This document shows positions 58,773 through 64,000 of a stretch of DNA of 64,000 nt, one piece after another. Below the pieces are notes generated by a model, which was given only the letters and a program-made list of their open reading frames with translations, was not told the origin of the DNA and made no database searches. The stretch spans positions 6,701 through 70,700 of the forward strand of contig CAMYJI010000004.1 in the NCBI GenBank assembly GCA_947258545.1, given 5' to 3'. The position numbers and the translations under genes are program-made. The first letter of the stretch is position 1, and every line of letters begins with the position of its first letter. Origin of the DNA: an uncultured Ectothiorhodospiraceae bacterium (lineage in GTDB: Bacteria; Pseudomonadota; Gammaproteobacteria; UBA9214).

Positions 58773-60160
58773 TCCAGCCAGTCCTTGCCCGGCGCCTGGT
58801 CTATCCGCTGCACGAGCGCCTCCTGAAACGGCCGACCTTTGCCTACCTGGCAGAGCTGGAACAGAGCCAGTGGCTGTCGCGGGAAGGGATGGAACAGCTG
58901 CAAGAGCTGAAGCTGGCCGGGTTGCTTGATGCGGCCTGGCAACATTGCCCCTGGCACCGGGAACGGCTGATGGCAACCGGTATTGACACCGAGAGACCTG
59001 TATCGCTCGCGGACCTGCAGCGCCTGCCCACCATGGACAAGCAGGCTGCCGTTACCCATGGCGAGCAGATGGTCTGGCACGGGGTGCCTGGAGGCACCTT
59101 TCAATACAACACCGGCGGCTCCAGCGGCCAGCCGCTGATCTTTTACTACGGCCGCCGGCGCCAGGCCTCGGATGCCGCGGGCCGCATGCGGGCCCGGCGC
59201 TGGTGGGGGGTGGAGCCGGGCGACCCGGAGGTCTACCTGTGGGGCGCCCCGGTGGAGCTCGACAAGACCGACCGCATCAAGGCGCTGCGTGACCGCCTGC
59301 TGAACCAGCTGGTACTGAACGCCTTCGAGATGTCACCCGCACATATGGACGAATATGCCCGGGCCATCCAGTCCTTCCAGCCGCACTGTCTCTACGGCTA
59401 TGCCAGCTCAGTGGCGCTGCTGGCCGCCCATGTCCTCGACCGGGGCATGCAACTGCACCTGCCCCGCTTGAAGGTGGTCTGCACCACGGGTGAGCCCCTG
59501 TTCGACCATCAGCGGCAACTGATCGGCGAGGCCTTCGGCGTGCCGGTGGCCAATGAATTCGGCAGCCGCGATATCGGCTTCACGGCCCACGAAACTCCGG
59601 AAGGCCAGCTGCTGCTGATGAGCGAGAGCATCATCCTGGAAGTGCTGGATGAGCAGGGACAGCCCGTGGCGCCCGGAGCGACCGGCGAGGCGGTGATGAC
59701 CGCACTGGAGTCCTTCGCCCAGCCCTTTATCCGCTACCGTACCGGTGACGTCGTGAGGCTGTCTGAGACGCCCTGCCAGGCTGGGCGAGGGCTGCATGTG
59801 ATTGACGAGGTAGTGGGCCGGAGCACCGACTTCGTCGTAACGACCGATGGCACTATCATGCATGCCCTGGCGGTGATCTATGTCCTGCGTGCGATACCCG
59901 GCGTGGGGGAGTTCAAGATCGTGCAGCACAGCCTGCAGGACATCGAGGTCCAGGTGGTGCCCAATGCCCGCTGGGAAGAGGGCGGCCGCGCGGCCATCGA
60001 ATCCGGGTTGCAGCAGCGCCTCGGCACGGATGTCCGCATCACCATTCGTCTGGTCGAGGCCATCCCCCCCGAGCCATCCGGCAAGCACCGTTACGTGGTC
60101 AGCCATGTCCCATTATCGGATGGTCTGAAGCAGGCCGGCCAAGAGCCGACCCATCAGTAG
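58769..60160 (+). CDS. Phenylacetate-CoA ligase family / CapK-like adenylate-forming enzyme
   Basis: NTGGSSGQP, NEFGSRD, PFIRYRTGD, GRSTD, SGKHRYV. Confidence 0.9.
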   Translation: MIQPVLARRLVYPLHERLLKRPTFAYLAELEQSQWLSREGMEQLQELKLAGLLDAAWQHCPWHRERLMATGIDTERPVSLADLQRLPTMDKQAAVTHGEQMVWHGVPGGTFQYNTGGSSGQPLIFYYGRRRQASDAAGRMRARRWWGVEPGDPEVYLWGAPVELDKTDRIKALRDRLLNQLVLNAFEMSPAHMDEYARAIQSFQPHCLYGYASSVALLAAHVLDRGMQLHLPRLKVVCTTGEPLFDHQRQLIGEAFGVPVANEFGSRDIGFTAHETPEGQLLLMSESIILEVLDEQGQPVAPGATGEAVMTALESFAQPFIRYRTGDVVRLSETPCQAGRGLHVIDEVVGRSTDFVVTTDGTIMHALAVIYVLRAIPGVGEFKIVQHSLQDIEVQVVPNARWEEGGRAAIESGLQQRLGTDVRITIRLVEAIPPEPSGKHRYVVSHVPLSDGLKQAGQEPTHQ

Positions 60161-60500
60161 GGCCGAATTCATTTGTAGGGCCGAATTCATTCGGCCAACA
60201 GCAGTAAGATCACCGTTGTAGGGCCGAATTCATTCGGCCAACAGCTGTGCTGACAGGATGAATGTTACTGGTCGAATGAATTCGACCCTACAGTTTGCTA
60301 GGAGAGGGTATGCCGCTGGTCGAATGAATTCGACCATACAGTTTACCAGGGGATGGAATGCCGCTGGTCGAATGAATTCGACCCTACAGCTGTCCTATGA
60401 AGAGCGAGCAGATAACCATTGTAGGGCCGAATTCATTCGGCCAACAACTATCCTGCGAAGAGCGAGCAGATCACCGTTGTAGGGCCGAATTCATTCGGCC
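60157..60500. repeat. GTAG-type REP array upstream of RAYT
   Basis: GTAGGGCCGAATTCATTCGGCC at 60157 (truncated), 60175, 60218, 60421, 60479; inverted copies at 60270, 60318, 60366. Confidence 0.92.
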
Positions 60501-60537
60501 AACAGCCACCATTACCATTGGAGACAAGGAGGTCACC

Positions 60538-61017
60538 ATGTCCTACGACACATTACGCCGGGGGCGTCATTCCCTGCAGCATCAGGTCTACTGCATCACC
60601 ACGGTTACCCGTGATCGCCAGCCTTTGTTCACGGATATCACCACAGCACGCCTGCTGGTTCGCGAACTCCGGCGCCTGCACGAACAGGGTGATGTTATAT
60701 CCCTTGCTTGGGTTGTCATGCCTGATCATCTACACTGGTTGATTCAACTCAATGAACACCGGCCCCTCTCCACGGTTGTGAAGACTCTCAAAGCCCGTTC
60801 AGCACTCTCTATCAACCGCTACCTGTGTCAGTACGGGAGCCTCTGGCAACGAGCGTATTATGACCGTGCTGCCAGGAAGGATGAGGATATTCGCCAGATT
60901 GCCCGATATATCGTTGCCAACCCGTTGCGAGCGGGCCTGGTCCGGGATATTGGCGATTACCCCCATTGGGATTGCATCTGGATGACGGATCGCGATGAAA
61001 CGCCGCTGGTCGAATGA
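60538..61017 (+). mobile_element. REP-associated tyrosine transposase (RAYT, Y1/HUH)
   Basis: LRRGRHS..VYCITTVT, WVVMPDHLHW (HUH), LWQRAYYDR, YIVANP; AGGAGG RBS; flanked by REPs. Confidence 0.92.
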
Positions 61018-61077
61018 ATTCGACCCTACAGTTTGCTAGGAGAGGGTATGTCGCTGGTCGAATGAATTCGACCCTAC
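61008..61077. repeat. Two inverted GTAG REPs downstream of RAYT
   Basis: GGTCGAATGAATTCGACCCTAC at 61008-61029 and 61056-61077. Confidence 0.9.
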
Positions 61078-61203
61078 AGTTTTGCTGACAGAAGGAAGGC
61101 ATCTTGTCTAAAATGGTTGAATTATTCACTCAATCAGCTGAAGAGCTAAAAAAATAAACACGGGGCTGGACATGAAGCAATCGGACAGGGATCTTTAAAG
61201 AAC

Positions 61204-62421
61204 ATGGATATCCTGAAGCTTGCCTCCCTGCCGTTCCGCTACCGCCCCTGGCGCCTGCGCCATGCCCGGCTCATTATTGCTGACCTGCTGAAACCCGCGT
61301 CCGGCGAGCAGCGGCCTCATCTAGATCACCTGCAGGGCGCCATCGACTGGCTGTGCCGGGCCCAGGATGTCCGGGACGCTGAAGCAGATGCCGGTAGCGT
61401 ATCCGCCGGCTGGAGTTTCGAGGACGGCTGGTTGCCCGGTTACCCCGAGACCACCGGCTACATCATCGAGACCTTCCTCCATGCGGCGGACATCCTCAAC
61501 CGGCCGGAGTTGGTCAAACGCGCCGGCCGCATGATCGACTGGGAGCTTTCCATCCAGCTGCCCGATGGCGCCTTCCCCGGGCACTTCGGGGAGGCCGGCA
61601 GCCAGCCGGTGATCTTCAACACGGGCCAGATCATGCACGGCCTGATCGCCGGTTACAGCCAGTTGGACCGCGCCGATTGCCTGGGGGCCGCTGTCCGTGC
61701 CGGGCACTGGCTGGTACGGCAACAGGACGACGATGGCTGCTGGCGTAAATACGAACATAATAATGTCCCCCATGTGTACAACACCCGCGCCACCTGGGCG
61801 CTGCTGGCCACGGGCCTGCTGGCCGCGGAGACGGATCTGATTGCCGCCGCACGCCGTAACCTGGACTGGGCCTTGAGCCGGCAAACGCCCTCTGGCTGGT
61901 TTGCCAACAACGCCTTTGTAGCGGACCGGGCACCGTTCACCCATACCATCGCCTATGCCATCCGCGGGCTTCTTGAATCCGGGGTGCTGCTTGATGAGCA
62001 GCGTTACTTGCAGGCTGCTGTGGTGGCCGGGCAGGGCATGGCGAAGGCCCAGCGCCAGGACGGCTGGCTGGCGGGGGCGTTTCAGGATGACTGGGTCGCT
62101 GCCGCGGGCTACTGTTGTCTCACGGGCCTGGCCCAGATGAGCCTCAACTGGACCCGGCTCGCGCAGATTACTGGCGATGAGGAATTCCGCGAGCATGCAC
62201 GGACAGGTCTGGCCTATCTCAAGACCACGCAAAAGCTGGACGCCGGGGACACCGTGGTGCGCGGCGCTATCGCCGGCTCTCTGCCTATCTGGGGTGACTA
62301 TTCCCGCTTCGAGTACCCCAACTGGGCGGCCAAGTTCTTTGCCGATGCCCTGATGATGGACATGAAAGACACCGTGGTGCCGCCGGTGCTGCAGATTGAG
62401 AGGGCGCAGGGACTTGGATAG
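61204..62421 (+). CDS. Prenyltransferase/squalene oxidase repeat (alpha/alpha toroid) protein
   Basis: QW-like repeats WELSIQLPDGAF, WLVRQQDDDGCW, WALSRQTPSGWF; YPETTGYII; YPNWAAKFF. Confidence 0.75.
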   Translation: MDILKLASLPFRYRPWRLRHARLIIADLLKPASGEQRPHLDHLQGAIDWLCRAQDVRDAEADAGSVSAGWSFEDGWLPGYPETTGYIIETFLHAADILNRPELVKRAGRMIDWELSIQLPDGAFPGHFGEAGSQPVIFNTGQIMHGLIAGYSQLDRADCLGAAVRAGHWLVRQQDDDGCWRKYEHNNVPHVYNTRATWALLATGLLAAETDLIAAARRNLDWALSRQTPSGWFANNAFVADRAPFTHTIAYAIRGLLESGVLLDEQRYLQAAVVAGQGMAKAQRQDGWLAGAFQDDWVAAAGYCCLTGLAQMSLNWTRLAQITGDEEFREHARTGLAYLKTTQKLDAGDTVVRGAIAGSLPIWGDYSRFEYPNWAAKFFADALMMDMKDTVVPPVLQIERAQGLG

Positions 62422-63220
62422 GCTCCGGATCATGATCCTGTGCGGGCGCTCGCCGCGCCACCTGTATGTGGCCAATGCCCTCTGCGAGGCGGCCGAGGTG
62501 CTGGCCATTGTGCAGGAAAGCGGTGGCGAGTGGAGCCTGCGCAAGGTGCTCAGGACGCTGCGGCCGGACACTTTTTTCCGCAAGGTTTGGCGCTGGCTGC
62601 GGGACCGCCGGCGTTATTACGGTAATCCCGAGGCACAGTTTTTTTTCGGAACGGCGATGCCAGGGCTGAAGCATCCCGAGCTGGTCAGGGAGGTGCCGCA
62701 CATCAACCACCCGGATGTGCTGCGGCTGGCCGATAAACTCAGGCCGGACCTGATCGCGGTATTCGGCACCTCGTTGATACGGGGTGAGCTGTTGACCAAA
62801 GCCCCCCTCGGCATGGTTAACCTGCACGGCGGGCTCTCGCCGGAGTACCGCGGCGCCGACTGCACCTTCTGGGCCCTCTACAACGGCGAACCGGAGAAGA
62901 TCGGCTGCACGCTGCATTACATCGACACAGGGATCGATACCGGCCGGCTGATTGCGCATGTATGCCCCGCGATATTCCCGACGGATACCGAGTTGCCCCT
63001 GTTCTGGCGAAGCGTGAAGGAAAGTGCGAAGGTGTACGCCGAGTTGATGCAAAAGCTGGCGCGGGGCGAGCAACCGGGGGCACCCCAGCAGGGAAGGGGG
63101 CGTCTCTATCAGGTCAAACAGCGCGGTCTTCGTCATGAAAGGAGAGTCAAAAAGTTACTGCATGATGGCTTGTTGCTGGATCTAAAGTTAGGACCCCGGA
63201 TTAGATGGTTCCAGGGATAA
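62414..63220 (+). CDS. Formyltransferase family protein
   Basis: PDLIAVFGT, VNLHGGLSPEYRG, TLHYIDTGIDTG. Confidence 0.88.
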   Translation: MDRLRIMILCGRSPRHLYVANALCEAAEVLAIVQESGGEWSLRKVLRTLRPDTFFRKVWRWLRDRRRYYGNPEAQFFFGTAMPGLKHPELVREVPHINHPDVLRLADKLRPDLIAVFGTSLIRGELLTKAPLGMVNLHGGLSPEYRGADCTFWALYNGEPEKIGCTLHYIDTGIDTGRLIAHVCPAIFPTDTELPLFWRSVKESAKVYAELMQKLARGEQPGAPQQGRGRLYQVKQRGLRHERRVKKLLHDGLLLDLKLGPRIRWFQG

Positions 63221-63262
63221 GTCCCTCTGTCCCTAATGGTACTTACTTAAGCCCATTGCCAC

Positions 63263-63341
63263 CGTCATCCCGGCGCAGGCCGGGATCCAGATCTACCAAA
63301 TAGCTTTATTTTCCTGGATTCCGGCCTGCGCCGGAATGACG
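63263..63341. repeat. Inverted pair of CGTC-type REPs
   Basis: CGTCATCCCGGCGCAGGCCGGGATCCAG (63263-63290) and CTGGATTCCGGCCTGCGCCGGAATGACG (63314-63341), between convergent genes. Confidence 0.88.
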
Positions 63342-63472
63342 GATAGAGTGACTGACTGGCATCTTTCAGCTTATGCAAGTGCTATTCCCTGCTATCCCGT
63401 TAACTCCCTGTCCCTCGTGGGCACCCACAAAACAGGCACAAAAGAGAAAGAATTCTCTTTTGTATTGACCGG

Positions 63473-64000
63473 TTATTGTTCGTGCGCCACGAGCCACTGC
63501 TCCAGCATCATGATGACCCAGATCATCACGCCGTAGTAGCCAGCATGTCCGGTGCGATGCTCTTTCAATAGATAATCAATATAGTCGTGACGGAGATAGC
63601 CGCGCTGCTTGAAAGCGCCCAGGCTGTCATAGGCCAGTTCTCTCAGCCCCGCATGTTCTGTCATCCAGACACCAAACGGCAGTCCGAATCCCTGCTTGTT
63701 TTTATCCAGGGTTTCCGGCGCCAGAAAATCCTTTACAGCGCGGCGGTAGAACGAGCGCAATTCCAGGCGGCGGATAAGCATGTTCGAGGGTACCCGGGTC
63801 GAAAATGCCACCAGTTCCTCGTCCAGCATCGGATAACGCACCTCGATACCGGCGATCTCGCACATGCGGTTGACCTTGCGCAGGTCATTGTCGGCAAGCG
63901 TTATCTTGAGATCCATGTGGAGCATCCGCTTCAGCATGGACTCTGTTTCGGGGCGGTCATAGGCCGCTTTAATGTTGATTAGAGGTGCTTTGGTGTCCAC
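63473..64000 (-). CDS. Asparagine synthase-related protein, C-terminal part (truncated by window edge)
   Basis: DLKITLADNDLRKV..EVRYPMLD..KQGFGLPF..IWVIMMLEQW. Confidence 0.85.
   Translation of the reverse strand: MDTKAPLINIKAAYDRPETESMLKRMLHMDLKITLADNDLRKVNRMCEIAGIEVRYPMLDEELVAFSTRVPSNMLIRRLELRSFYRRAVKDFLAPETLDKNKQGFGLPFGVWMTEHAGLRELAYDSLGAFKQRGYLRHDYIDYLLKEHRTGHAGYYGVMIWVIMMLEQWLVAHEQ

Noticed and set aside
60157-60500. Possible CRISPR array next to the transposase
   Set aside because: Mixed orientation, irregular spacing and GTAG-tagged hairpins beside a RAYT indicate a REP cluster.

Overview
Chromosomal window from a high-GC bacterium, most likely a sulfur-oxidizing gammaproteobacterium (inferred from dsrS, an Alvin_2107-like gene and cysG). 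Positions 1-12.9 kb carry sulfur-oxidation-associated accessory genes, an RpfC-like hybrid sensor kinase, gltX, glnS and tRNA-Ala(GGC). Positions 13.0-13.8 kb hold a small GIY-YIG nuclease gene inside a cluster of CGTC-type palindromic repeats. From 13.8 kb to the end is a large PEP-CTERM/exosortase exopolysaccharide locus: sugar transferase, prsK, prsR, two prsT, two PEP-CTERM proteins, export/chain-length/tyrosine-kinase genes, ATPase, wecB, deacetylases, FemAB, glycosyltransferases, exosortase-EpsI, amidotransferases, CapK-like ligase and formyltransferase, with a RAYT transposase and REP arrays interspersed. The best candidate for an undescribed system is a possible lipo-amino-acid signalling circuit: an OxzB-like ThiF-nitroreductase fusion, two N-acyl amino acid synthase-like acyltransferases (one with a consensus sigma54 promoter) and a methyltransferase interleaved with PrsR-regulated PEP-CTERM genes, plus an RpfC-type sensor with no rpfF in the window. 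All family calls come from motif recognition by eye; no database searches were run.
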